DNA of 64,000 nucleotides from an uncultured delta proteobacterium (GCA_963745035.1 CAVUVW010000014.1:768001-832000); one strand, 5' to 3'. Positions 41,632-52,362 are shown, counted from the stretch's first letter. Notes: generated from the letters alone by a model not told the origin. Numbers and translations: made by a program.

Positions 41632-43341
41632 ATGGCAAAGAAGCCGGCCAGCCTGATTTATGGTGTCGATGATAAACCCCCGTTGACCGCGTCGCTGCTG
41701 TTGGGGCTCCAGCATGTCTTCGTGATGCAGTCCGGTTGGGTGATGGTCGTGATAATCGTCACCACCATCGGCGGTACTCAGGAAGAAGTCGCCAACGTGC
41801 TCCGGATGTCGATGATTGCGTCCGGAATCGCGACCATTCTGCAATCTTTACCTAACAGTCCGTTCGGTTCTGGCTATTTTTGCCCCATCAGCTGCGGACC
41901 TGCATACATCTCCGCGTCAATTTTGGCAGGCAAGGTTGGCGGCTTGAGATCAGTCTTTGCCATGACGGTGATCTCAGGCCTCTTCGAGGGGCTGCTCGCT
42001 CGGGTCTTGCCGCGATTACGGCCGCTTTTCCCTCCCGAAGTCACCGGACTGGTGGTGGCGATGGTAGGGATAGAGATTGTGGCCTTGGGTTGTCCCAGGT
42101 TTCTCGGATTTCAGGACGGCGGCGCGGGTCCGCAAGGAACCGCCACTGCTGTTGCGATAGTGACGTTGGCCGCGATGATCGGACCGACCGTATGGGGTAA
42201 AGGGAGCCTCAAGTTATATCCTGTACTGATCGGTCTTGTGGTGGGTTACTTGTTCGCTTATTTTTTTGGTGTCTTTGAAACGGAACGGTTGCAGGAGATG
42301 CTCGCCGCGCCAATGATCAGCCTGCCACGGAAGGTTCACACGGACTGGTCGTTTGATCTCTCTCTTCTTCCCGCATTCCTCATTGCCAGCCTGGCTTCGA
42401 CCTTGAAAAGTGTGGGCGACTTGACCCTGTGCCAGAAAATCAACGACGCCGACTGGAAACGGACCGACATGCAGTCGGTCAGTGGAGGGATTTTCGCCGG
42501 CGCAATCGGTACCGGACTATCGGGTTTGCTTGGCGGGATCGGCCAATCCACCTTCTCCAGCAACGTCGGTCTTTCCCTCGCCACCGGGGCCACCAGCCGC
42601 TCGATCGCCATTCCTTGCGGCATCCTGATGATCCTGCTGGCTTTTTTACCCAAGCTCGCGGCCTTTTTTGCCGTGATGCCCGACCCCGTGATGGGCGCGA
42701 TCATCATTTACGTGGCTTGCTATATGATCCTTGCCGGCGTTCAGGTGATCACGTCGCGCATGCTCGACGCTCGGCGAACTTTCGTGGTCGGCATCGCTCT
42801 GATCTTCGGCCTGAGCGTCGACATGGTTCCCGGGCTATACAGCAACGTGCCCGATTTGATTCAGCCTCTGTTTTCGTCGTCTCTCGCGATTTCCACGGTC
42901 CTGGTGGTTTTTCTGAACCTGCTTTTTCGGATCGGCATTACCAAGCGCCAGGTTCTGGAGTTGACGCCCGGTGTCGATGGTTCGCAGAAAATCTTTGAAT
43001 TCATGGAGACCCAGGGGAGCGTTTGGGGAGCGCGCCGTGAGGTAATCCAGCGCGCGACGGCGGCTCTCAATGAGTTCGTCGAGTCCGCAGCCGCCCTGGA
43101 TCTTGTGAAAGGAAAGGCCCAAGCCGAGGTCAGTTTCGACGAATTCAATCTCGATATGGATATTCGCTACGATGGCGAGCTGATGGAGTTTCCCAGCCGG
43201 CGACTGACCGAAGACGCGCTTCTCGCCGATGACAAGGCCGTCGCCAGCCTCTCAGGCTTTCTAATTCGCCAGTACGCCGACAGGATCAAAGCTGAAACGG
43301 CCAATGGCCGGTGTCGGATCCAAATGCATTTCGATCATTGA
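41632..43341 (+). CDS. NCS2 (xanthine/uracil permease) family transporter with C-terminal RsbW-like extension
   Basis: YGVDDKPP, GLQH, LFPPEVTG, TFSSNVG..ATG..SR, P.PV.G; extra ~135 aa cytoplasmic domain. Confidence 0.85.
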   Translation: MAKKPASLIYGVDDKPPLTASLLLGLQHVFVMQSGWVMVVIIVTTIGGTQEEVANVLRMSMIASGIATILQSLPNSPFGSGYFCPISCGPAYISASILAGKVGGLRSVFAMTVISGLFEGLLARVLPRLRPLFPPEVTGLVVAMVGIEIVALGCPRFLGFQDGGAGPQGTATAVAIVTLAAMIGPTVWGKGSLKLYPVLIGLVVGYLFAYFFGVFETERLQEMLAAPMISLPRKVHTDWSFDLSLLPAFLIASLASTLKSVGDLTLCQKINDADWKRTDMQSVSGGIFAGAIGTGLSGLLGGIGQSTFSSNVGLSLATGATSRSIAIPCGILMILLAFLPKLAAFFAVMPDPVMGAIIIYVACYMILAGVQVITSRMLDARRTFVVGIALIFGLSVDMVPGLYSNVPDLIQPLFSSSLAISTVLVVFLNLLFRIGITKRQVLELTPGVDGSQKIFEFMETQGSVWGARREVIQRATAALNEFVESAAALDLVKGKAQAEVSFDEFNLDMDIRYDGELMEFPSRRLTEDALLADDKAVASLSGFLIRQYADRIKAETANGRCRIQMHFDH

Positions 43342-43407
43342 AAAACTAGCCAAACATATTTGAATTGTTTGGTTGGGTTTTGCCCTCTAGAATCGGAAAA
43401 CGATGAC

Positions 43408-43520
43408 TCGCGCAAAGACGCAAAGCACGCCAAAGTCGGAGAAATTAATCTTTCTTGGCGCCTTGGCGGGAGAAAATTTCTTGAAGTCATTCTGTCAAAC
43501 ATCCCAAATGGAAGAATCTA
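43408..43520. repeat. REP-like intergenic element
   Basis: cgcgcaaagacgcaaagcacgccaa...ttggcgccttggcgggagaa, same family as 11250-11275 and 13570-13597. Confidence 0.65.
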
Positions 43521-43735
43521 CACTACACGACCCTTTGGTTTTTTTCGATGACTCGCGGCGCGTTTTTTGAGACTCATCGGATTGCGAAACGTGCGCCGTG
43601 CGCCGGAAAGAATGAATAGGGTCTGGCAGCGAAACAGCTGCACGGCTTAAATCATGACAAGAGCTCGTGACTACCCCAAACCTTGAGCAACATTAGATTT
43701 ACAAACGGGTCCGCCTCGGAAGGAGGTTTTTTCAC

Positions 43736-44191
43736 ATGCGAAGTCGTCTCGCTCTCTTGACTATTATCGTTCTCGGACTCGTCCTCGCCGCGCGGCTCTG
43801 GGCACAGCAACCGTGGGTGCAGCCGCCGGGAAAGGCTCTCGGGGGATTTCAGGGGTATTGGATGGGCATCGATCCACTGGACGGAGGTGACTCGCGCCGA
43901 AGCCTCGTACAACTGAGCAACGGCCGATTCGCGATGGCCGGCCGCGACACCGCCCTCACGCTGTGTGACGGGACCGATCGCGGCTTCATCAGCTTCGCCG
44001 ATGGCGTGGTGCTGGAAAAAAATGTGCTACAGAGCGACCGCCTGACTATCGCCTGCTCCAACAGCGGCGCGTTGGTGGTATTGCGCGTCCGGTACGATTT
44101 GGCCAGCAACGGCGTGATGATCGAGAATACGGCCACGCTGGACGGGGCGCCGGTGAGCAGGATCGTTTTTCACAAGGTGAGCCACGATTAG
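43736..44191 (+). CDS. secreted hypothetical protein
   Basis: GGAGG RBS, signal peptide, two Cys. Confidence 0.65.
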   Translation: MRSRLALLTIIVLGLVLAARLWAQQPWVQPPGKALGGFQGYWMGIDPLDGGDSRRSLVQLSNGRFAMAGRDTALTLCDGTDRGFISFADGVVLEKNVLQSDRLTIACSNSGALVVLRVRYDLASNGVMIENTATLDGAPVSRIVFHKVSHD

Positions 44192-44207
44192 CAACGTGGT
44201 GGACGCC

Positions 44208-44400
44208 GTGGCGCGGAGCGGAAAAGCACCGCGCGCGGGTCGATGATCTGTTGGCCCGTTTCGAGGAAGTCCGGCGGCGGGAGCAGCTCGACGAGGCGGC
44301 GGCGGAGATGCTCCGGCAAGCCTACGTCTGATTAGTTCCCGGGCTCTTGCCTCGCGCAGAAGAATCGAGGGAAGTTTGTGCGCGCGTCGTAAACTTTTCT
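44208..44400 (+). repeat. diverged direct repeat of the ABC ATPase tail (41228-41415)
   Basis: gcggaaaagc..cgcgcgggtcgatgat...ttcgaggaagtc..gagcagctcga..gcggagatgct..gtctgat. Confidence 0.85.
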
Positions 44401-44571
44401 TTCCGAAGATTTCATCTAAGCTTAACAATCGCCACTCGGACCTTGGGATATAAGTGCGGCTCAAAAGCTCGTTTCGCCAATGGACGACATGCGCCGGCCG
44501 GACAATTGCGCCCTTCGCAGGCAGTCGTTTTGCCATCCGTGTTCCCGCATGCCGATCATCAAGGGAAGCAT

Positions 44572-44925
44572 ATGGAATTGGAAATCAAAAATCTGTCCGA
44601 CCAGATCACCCACCTAGGCCTTCGAGGCCGGCTGGATACTACCGGAGTGGGAGAGGTCGAATTAAAGTTTACCGGTCACACCGTCCCGAGTGGAAAGCCG
44701 CTCCTTTTGGACATGTCCGAAATCACTTATGTGTCCTCCTTGGGGTTGCGGATGCTTTTGACCGTTGCCAAGGCACTCGGTCTCCGTGGGGCCAAAACGG
44801 TCCTCTTGCGGCCTCAGCCGAGTGTGCGTGAGATCCTCAGCGTTTCCGGATTCGATCAACTGATGACCGTCCACGATGACGAGGCGACAGCGCTGGAATT
44901 CCTGGCGCAGGCCAAGGGCCGTTAA
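44572..44925 (+). CDS. STAS domain anti-sigma factor antagonist
   Basis: LRGRLD, LLDMSEITYVSSLGLR, ILSVSGF. Confidence 0.9.
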   Translation: MELEIKNLSDQITHLGLRGRLDTTGVGEVELKFTGHTVPSGKPLLLDMSEITYVSSLGLRMLLTVAKALGLRGAKTVLLRPQPSVREILSVSGFDQLMTVHDDEATALEFLAQAKGR

Positions 44926-45340
44926 GCTCCTGTCGCCCAGGCCGCACTTTTCTCCAGCCTCGGTCTCATCCACCGCCCCGATTCCTCCCACGGGGAGCTG
45001 AGGATGGGGTGCATCCATTCTGCACTGTTTCCTGCGTGCTACCTCTTGCTTCGGTCTCGATGATCTCCCTCCCGCTCAGGTACGAGTAGCGTTTACGCTC
45101 GAAACAACAGGGCATCAGCTCCGCACGCGACTTCTTTCGCGCTGGCCGAGAACGAAATTCACGTGGCGGCGGCTCACGCGGCGGGAAAAATGGCTTGAAA
45201 TTACTTGCCGGTTGACATTTCATCGGGTGAGCTGTCGAGGGTGTGCTCAACGCCAACCACTTGCGACACAGTCGAAGCGGTCATCTTCTCAACAGCGCGC
45301 GCACGGCGCGCCGGAAGGATAAACGGCCAAGGAGAACCTC

Positions 45341-47254
45341 GTGACGATAAGAACACAAACACTGCTGATGGTGACCCTGTTGCTCGCCGTCGCGGTCCTC
45401 GCCACAGCGGGAGCGATGAGTTGGAACTCGCGCCGGGGATTGCTCGCCGAAGGCGAAACCCAGGGGTTGGTCCTCGCTCGCCTTCTGGCTCGCAGCGCGG
45501 CCTTCGGCGCCCAAGTGAGCAGCGATGTCGAGCAGGCGATCGGCGAGCAGATGATCGTCGAGGCCACGATGGCGGCGCATTTGATAGCTCTGGCCGAGGC
45601 TGCGGGAGTGGGCGCCAAGGAGATCAATCGGCGGCTCAAGCAAATCGCCGACGACACGGTGCTGGACGAAATCTGGATCACCGATGAGAAGGGGCATGCT
45701 TATTTGAGAAACATGCCGGAAATAGACTTCACGTTCAGTCCGGACCGGGAGCGGCAACCCCAAGCGCACGTTTTTTGGCCGCTGCTCACGGGAAAGAACA
45801 AAACCGTCGTTCAGGAAGCGCGCCAGCGCGAAATCGATACGCAGGTTTTCAAGTACGTGGGCGTGGCGGGGGTGGATAAGCCGCGCATCGTCCAGGTCGG
45901 TTACCACGCCAGCATGCTTCGACAACTGCGGCAGCGGGTGGGGCTGACTCGTCTGGTCAATCAGCTCGTTTCCGAAGGAAGCGTTGTCGCGATTCGGGTG
46001 CTCGATAAGGACATGAATACCGTGGAATATGCGGAGAAGATGCGGGAAAACAAATTGCCTGAGCCGAGCGAGAGCGACCTGGCAAATTTCCGCAAGCTGG
46101 CGAGCCAAGGACAAACCGACGCTTATGTGGAAGCGTCTCTTCTAAAGCTCGTTGTCCCCATCGGGGAAGAAGGCGGAGAGCTAAAAGGCGGAGCCATTGT
46201 CGTCGCTCTTCCCACGGATCACATCCAGGCTGCCATTCACAACAGAAGTCATCTCGCGGTGGTCGTTAGCGGACTGGTATTGTTGCTCGGGTCGATGATC
46301 GCCATCTTCGGGGCCAAAAGGATTTCCCAGCCCATCGTCGAGTTGACGCAGATGACCCAACAGGTCGCGGGGGGCGATTTTACCCAGAGGATCGCCATCG
46401 CGGCAAAGAACGAAATTGGCACGCTGGCCGCCTCGTTCAACGAGATGACGCGGCGCTTGAACGAATCCATCGAACATCTCAAGGAAACCACCGCGGCGAA
46501 GGAACGGATCGAAAGCGAGCTGAAGATCGCCCACGAAATCCAGATGAGCATGGTGCCGAAGATCTTTCCGCCGTTTCCGGACCGTAGCGAGTTCGATATT
46601 TTCGCCGCCTTGGTGCCGGCCAAGGAGGTCGGCGGCGATCTTTACGATTTTTTCTTTCTCGATGACGACCGCCTGTGCTTTGCCGTCGGCGATGTCTCCG
46701 GCAAGGGAGTCCCGGCGTCGCTTTTTATGGCTGTGACCAAGACTCTGTTCAGAGCCACCGCCGCCCACGGCGGCACTCCGGGTGAAATCCTCGCGCGGAT
46801 GAACAACGAGATCTGCCGCGATAACGACTCCTGTATGTTCGTGACGCTTTTTTGCGGCATCCTGGATATCCGCACCGGTCAGATCGATTATAGCAACGGC
46901 GGCCACAATCTGCCCTATCATCTTGGCGGCGACGGCGTGAGCCCGTTGGGAAAATTCGGCGATAGAGCCCTGGGGCTGGTGGAGCAAAGCTCGTATGCAT
47001 CCGGACGAGTGGTTCTCAGCCCCGGCGAAGCCCTGCTGGTTTACACCGATGGGGTCACCGAGGCCATGGACTCGAGCGACGCGCTTTACTCCGATCAGCG
47101 GCTCGAGCGGTTTTTAGCGAGCCATCGCGACTCTTCTCCGCGCCAAATGATCGGCGATTTGATCGACGACGTAAGGCGGTTTGCTGGCGCAACGCCGCAA
47201 TCCGATGATATCACCGCTCTCGCGCTGCACTATTTTGGGACCACGCAACAATGA
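45341..47254 (+). CDS. membrane sensor PP2C phosphatase (extracellular domain + HAMP + SpoIIE)
   Basis: 2 TM, HAMP (PI..L...EIG.LA.SFN.M), EVGGDLYD, GDVSGKG, YTDGVTEA, SDDIT. Confidence 0.92.
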   Translation: MTIRTQTLLMVTLLLAVAVLATAGAMSWNSRRGLLAEGETQGLVLARLLARSAAFGAQVSSDVEQAIGEQMIVEATMAAHLIALAEAAGVGAKEINRRLKQIADDTVLDEIWITDEKGHAYLRNMPEIDFTFSPDRERQPQAHVFWPLLTGKNKTVVQEARQREIDTQVFKYVGVAGVDKPRIVQVGYHASMLRQLRQRVGLTRLVNQLVSEGSVVAIRVLDKDMNTVEYAEKMRENKLPEPSESDLANFRKLASQGQTDAYVEASLLKLVVPIGEEGGELKGGAIVVALPTDHIQAAIHNRSHLAVVVSGLVLLLGSMIAIFGAKRISQPIVELTQMTQQVAGGDFTQRIAIAAKNEIGTLAASFNEMTRRLNESIEHLKETTAAKERIESELKIAHEIQMSMVPKIFPPFPDRSEFDIFAALVPAKEVGGDLYDFFFLDDDRLCFAVGDVSGKGVPASLFMAVTKTLFRATAAHGGTPGEILARMNNEICRDNDSCMFVTLFCGILDIRTGQIDYSNGGHNLPYHLGGDGVSPLGKFGDRALGLVEQSSYASGRVVLSPGEALLVYTDGVTEAMDSSDALYSDQRLERFLASHRDSSPRQMIGDLIDDVRRFAGATPQSDDITALALHYFGTTQQ

Positions 47255-47694
47255 CGGAAGAGCTGGAGATCGAGATCGGCAACAAGCTTTCCGAGCTGGG
47301 CCGGATCCATCAGACCTTGACGGATTTCTGCCGGCGGCACGGTCTCACCGCCAAAGTTGCGCGCGATCTCAATCTCGCGCTGGAGGAAATTATCACCAAC
47401 ATCATCATCCATGGTTACACAGACGACCGGGAACACATCATCAGCGTGCATCTCAACGTGCGACCCGGCGAGGTGTGGGTCGAAGTGAAAGACGACGGCC
47501 GGCCGTTCAATCCGCTGGAAGCGCCCGAGGCCGACACCACGACACCTTTAGAGGAAAGGTCGATCGGCGGACTGGGAATCCATCTCGTGCGCAAGGTCAC
47601 GGATGGGCTGGAGTACGAGCGGGTAGGCGACAAAAATCTCTTCACCCTAAAAAAGAAAACTCAGGGTAAAAGAAGCTCGAGTCCGCCAGACTGA
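47251..47694 (+). CDS. RsbW-like anti-sigma Ser/Thr kinase (HATPase_c_2)
   Basis: LALEEIITNII.HG, DDGRPFNP, GGLGIHLVR. Confidence 0.9.
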   Translation: MTEELEIEIGNKLSELGRIHQTLTDFCRRHGLTAKVARDLNLALEEIITNIIIHGYTDDREHIISVHLNVRPGEVWVEVKDDGRPFNPLEAPEADTTTPLEERSIGGLGIHLVRKVTDGLEYERVGDKNLFTLKKKTQGKRSSSPPD

Positions 47695-47857
47695 TTAAAA
47701 TCGTGCAAGTTACAGATTCCGTGTCCGGAGACTCCTTCGATGTTTCCCTGGACCTCACCTGGACAGCAACTGGCCCACGCGAAGTATCCAGGAGTCGCTT
47801 TTATATCAGATCACCTCAAGCCGCGATTCAACCTGCAAAATTCACAATCAACCTGCG

Positions 47858-48343
47858 CTAAAAAAGCCATTTGTAAAGCAATGGGTCTGGAAGCGCTTCC
47901 TGAGCAATTTCATTAATAATGAAATAAACAACTCCTACGACGACACCGGCAACCACAATAGATTTCGTCGCGCTGACCTGGTGTGACGCCAGTAGGTAAA
48001 GAAGAACAAAAAGCCCAACGCCAGCGTATATTCCGACGATGTAGATACTGATATATAGGCCTACCAAGATTCCAAAGTACTTGATGGCACCCAACAGATT
48101 TTCTCTTTCTGTGCTTTTATCTTTATCGAAACCAAAATCCATGATCTGCGAGCTTTCAGATACGCCGCCCCGGAGCTCTTTGATAAACTGGAAACAACAC
48201 AAAATAAATATTGTCCCTCCGCAAAAAACCGGTACCAATGCTGTCTTAAAGTCCCATTTCAAAAGCGCATAAACACCAGCGGAAAATGATATTGCGATCA
48301 TGGAAAGCGTAAAATAGCTCTCACTATTAATCTTCATCTTCAT
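47858..48343 (-). CDS. tripartite tricarboxylate transporter TctB family protein
   Basis: Small 4-5 TM protein downstream of tctA. Confidence 0.7.
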   Translation of the reverse strand: MKMKINSESYFTLSMIAISFSAGVYALLKWDFKTALVPVFCGGTIFILCCFQFIKELRGGVSESSQIMDFGFDKDKSTERENLLGAIKYFGILVGLYISIYIVGIYAGVGLFVLLYLLASHQVSATKSIVVAGVVVGVVYFIINEIAQEALPDPLLYKWLF

Positions 48344-49857
48344 CCCCTTCCACTGGTTTCGGTGCTATGCGCATCACGGCCTCATCTTTGGCCATCTGCC
48401 TTTCTTTCAGATAAGTCCACACTTGGTTTGCCACAAAGATAAGAATCATTCCCAGCACCATGGGGCGCCAAAGCCATGAAATGCCCATCAAAGTGACGGA
48501 TAGTACGAAATTCCACTCGGCAATATCCGAAAGTACAAAACCCACGATAAGAGGCGGGCGAGCCCAACCATATTGTTTCATGACAAAACCGAGCGCGCCG
48601 AACAGGATCATGACCAAGATGTCACCGATATCCTTGGTTCCAATGTAAACCGCGAGCACAAGAAAAGTCGTGATCACTGCGATAAGGTAATGTTTAGGGC
48701 AGGTAGAGCAGTTTTGCTATTTGAGCCGTAGCAAGGAGGCAAACACCACCGCCAACAATATTGGCAAGAGCCAATGCCCATATGATCTTGTAAGTGATTC
48801 CGATATCGGTCGTCAGCATATTGGGGCCCGGGTGGATACCTGCTATCAGGAACGCGCCAAGCACGAGCGACATACTGGCACTACCAGGTACGCCGAATGC
48901 TAAAGTAGGTATGAAATCACCGCCCTTGCACGAATTGTTCGAGGCTTCCGGCGCAATGACCCCCCGTACATCCCCTTTCCCGAACCGGCTCTTGTCTTTT
49001 GCCGACTGCACGGCATGGGCGTAGGCAAACCAGTCGGCAGTCACCGAACCGACGCCCGGGACAATTCCGATCCAAACTCCTATCAGACTACCACGGACCA
49101 ATAAGGCCCAATGGCGAATGACGTCTGCCATTCCTTGCAGTTGTCCGCGCAAGAGATCACCGGTGATTTTTCCTCCCGGGATCGACCCCTTTGTTGTCGC
49201 CATCTTGATCACTTCTGGAATCGCAAACAGCCCAAGAGAAACCGTGACGACTTTCAGTCCGTCGATTAGATAGGGGATATCGAAGCTGTAGCGGTAAATA
49301 CCGCTCGTCGGAGATCGCCCAATGGTCCCTAAAAGTATTCCCAGAAATCCGGCAGCCAACCCTTTGCACATGTTTCCGCTGCTTAGCGCACCCAGCATCG
49401 TCAATCCCCATAAGGCCACCACAAAAATTTCAGGCGGCCCAAATGCCAAAACAAAAGGTCTTAGAATGGGGATCGACAACCAAAGGCAAATTGCACCCAG
49501 CACGCCTCCGATGATCGAACTGGTATACGAAGCGCCAAGGGCCCGCGATGCCTCTCCATTAAGGGCCATCGCATGCCCATCCAGAAGTGTAGCGGAAGCG
49601 CCTGCGGTAGGTGGCACGCCGATTAATATCGTAGGAATCGTATCACTCGTAATGGTCACCGCCATGATAGCGGTCATCAACACGATCGAATATTGGAAAT
49701 CCAAAGTGTAGGTCAGGGGCAGTAAGAGAGCCAGAATGGTTATTCCCCCCAGGCCGGGGATAACTCCCAAGATCAGTCCTATCAGTGTTCCGCCGACAAG
49801 AAACCCTACAGTCGGCCAAGATAAAATCTGTATAAAAGAACCCCAAAATGAATCCAT
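48327..49857 (-). CDS. tripartite tricarboxylate transporter permease TctA (frameshift ~48695)
   Basis: G.IPGLG, DGH.MA..G, GVIAPEASNN, PTLAFGVPG, RPPLIVGFVL. Confidence 0.88.
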
Positions 49858-50296
49858 GCCATATCCTTCCGTAATCGGGATCCAGAGATGACGCCCCGCC
49901 GTTTCAAGCACCTCATCGGTTATTCAATAAACGGCAGGTCCATTTCGACCACACTACTTTGGACATCACTTTTTCCTGAGGCTGTACGTTCCCCGGATGT
50001 CAAACACTGCTTAGCGATGAAACAGGAAGCCTAAGACGGCGAGAACACCGCAAAAAGAAAAGATATGATGCACGAGCCGGCACTTTATCTGACAGTCGGC
50101 AACGCTGCCTCCTACTCACCCCGATCCGTCTCAATGGGCGCCATGAGGCTCCTCAAACCCCGCGCTGCGACTTGAGCTTCTGGCCAAATGGACGCGAGAT
50201 ATTGATCGATCTCGCGTATGTATCCCTTCCGGCTGATCCTTTCCGAAAGTCAAACGCCGGAAAAGAAACGACGAATAGGAAAGTCACATAGAGAAT

Positions 50297-51319
50297 TTAG
50301 TAGTACGCATCCACAATCTTTTGATTCTCCTTGAAAGCCTTGACGAGAAAATTGATCCGTTGCTTGAAATCGGCCTCGGGCAAGACATCCACCGGCGTAT
50401 CGGCCTTTTTACTCCATTCGATTGTTCGCTTATCTTGAAACGCCTTGATCAATCCTTCCCGCAACGCGTTTTGAATATGCCCAGGTGTCCCTGGCGGCAC
50501 CTGCACCAGGCGAGTGAGGGCATAATCAGACCACTCCTTAGGCATTCCCAATTCGGCATGAGTCGGCGCATTCGGGAAGTCAGGATCACGTTTCGTGCCG
50601 TATATCCAAAGCAAAGTAATATCGCCGGTCTTTAGCTGCTGGGTGTTAATCCCGGTTAACGCGCCGGACGTAAGGTCCGCATTACCGGCCAACACAGCAA
50701 ACTTGGCATCCTCTACTCCTTTGAAACGAGCAAATTTATACGGAATTCCCTTTTTTTCGAAATCCACGATCAGAGGGATCACGATAAAAGTTGCTCCCGC
50801 CAATGCGACACGGACCGGTGTTTTTGCATTGACGATGTCACGATAACTAGTAAACGGCGATTTGGGAGAACCGAAGATCCCGTATGGAGGAGCATCGAGC
50901 GCCATAATCACGGGAATATCTCTAACGTTCCATGAGTATAGACTTTTTGTTGTCAGGCCCACGTACGTGGCCACTCCGAGCAGGCTTATCGTATGACCAT
51001 CCGGAGTCGATCCATGGAGCACATCCATGGCATTGAAACCTTGAGCGCCTTCCACGACTTGGACAGTGAGTTTTTGTCCCAAATAGTCGGGAAGCACGCG
51101 AACCAATTGTCGAGCGATCAAATCGTATGCGCCTCGACCGCTCAATATTATCTTCATCGGTTTGCTGGGCTTCCAAGATTCTGCTTGGCCGGCTACCGCC
51201 TCATTGAAACTACCGATCGATAAAAAGAGGATCAAAAAAATGATCGAACCAACGGCGCCAACGCGATAACTATGACTCTTGTTCCAGCACATTAGAGCAC
51301 CATCCTTTCTCCACTTCAT
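50297..51319 (-). CDS. TctC/Bug family substrate-binding protein
   Basis: Signal peptide, D..AR, PDGHT, FKG, PDFPNAPT..ELG, PPGTP. Confidence 0.85.
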   Translation of the reverse strand: MKWRKDGALMCWNKSHSYRVGAVGSIIFLILFLSIGSFNEAVAGQAESWKPSKPMKIILSGRGAYDLIARQLVRVLPDYLGQKLTVQVVEGAQGFNAMDVLHGSTPDGHTISLLGVATYVGLTTKSLYSWNVRDIPVIMALDAPPYGIFGSPKSPFTSYRDIVNAKTPVRVALAGATFIVIPLIVDFEKKGIPYKFARFKGVEDAKFAVLAGNADLTSGALTGINTQQLKTGDITLLWIYGTKRDPDFPNAPTHAELGMPKEWSDYALTRLVQVPPGTPGHIQNALREGLIKAFQDKRTIEWSKKADTPVDVLPEADFKQRINFLVKAFKENQKIVDAYY

Positions 51320-51474
51320 TTACGGTAATCGCCAGATCAATGATGCGTTTGAAAGCCCTGGATTCCGGGTCGCGCTAGCTATCGCCAGCTTGCCCGGAAT
51401 GACGATCGAATTATTTCGTGAATTTCCGAGTCACCATACTAGTTACCAAAAGAATTCTATCCGTCGTCTCACTG

Positions 51475-52344
51475 TCACTCCTTCGCCGGAGCCCGATGTT
51501 TTGCCAGGTAGGTCTCCCAATCGACAAATCCATGCTGCATGCCGCCGTCGACATCCAGCGCTACACCGGTAATCATCTTCGCCCAGTCCGAAGCCAAAAA
51601 GACGATCGCCTTGGCTTGGTCTTCGGGGCAAGCGAAACGCCCCAAAGGAACTCGCGGCAAGCGGCCATCCCTTTGATCTTTTTCCGGATCCGGCTCATGA
51701 GTCGGCCCCGGAACAACGGCATTCACATTGATGTTGAAAAAACCGGCTTCATACGCCAGCTGCTTCGTAAATGTAATAATCCCAGCTTTTGCCACGGAGT
51801 AGTCGGCGCCGGAGACGGCAATCGTTCGAGCTGCAAACGAACTTATCAGGACTATCTGGCCGTTTCTTTGCCGCTTCATCACGGGCAAGATGACGCGCGC
51901 GCCGATAAACGCGCTCGTCAGGTTTCGCTCCATGTTCGATTTCCAGAGATCGAGAGGAATCTCCTCGATGAGCGTTCGTCCCTTATGCCCGCCTACGATG
52001 TGCGCCCAAACATCGATGCGGCTGTATTTCTCCAATATTTCCTTCACGGTCTTATCGAGTTGATTTTCATTCAACGCATCGACCTGCCATGCCGACGCGG
52101 CCTCCTCCCCGGACGCGTTGATCGACTTCGCCGTTTCGTTGGCTGCTTCCCTGTTGATATCCAGAACCGCTACTTTTGCGCCGAGCTTGGCGAACAGCAT
52201 CGAGGTCGCGCGCCCGATACCGTTGTTCGCGCCGCCCCCACCGACGACCGCCACGACCTTGCCTTCCAAACCGAAAGATCCCACCGCTTCATATTTGTCC
52301 ATCGTTCGTACTCCGGCTGCTTCTACGATCTGGCCTTCAGCCAA
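51475..52344 (-). CDS. short-chain dehydrogenase/reductase
   Basis: GGGANNGIG, YSVAK, NVNAVVPG, ITG..L.VDGG. Confidence 0.9.
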   Translation of the reverse strand: MAEGQIVEAAGVRTMDKYEAVGSFGLEGKVVAVVGGGGANNGIGRATSMLFAKLGAKVAVLDINREAANETAKSINASGEEAASAWQVDALNENQLDKTVKEILEKYSRIDVWAHIVGGHKGRTLIEEIPLDLWKSNMERNLTSAFIGARVILPVMKRQRNGQIVLISSFAARTIAVSGADYSVAKAGIITFTKQLAYEAGFFNINVNAVVPGPTHEPDPEKDQRDGRLPRVPLGRFACPEDQAKAIVFLASDWAKMITGVALDVDGGMQHGFVDWETYLAKHRAPAKE

Positions 52345-52362
52345 ATACGCTCCTCTTTTCCT

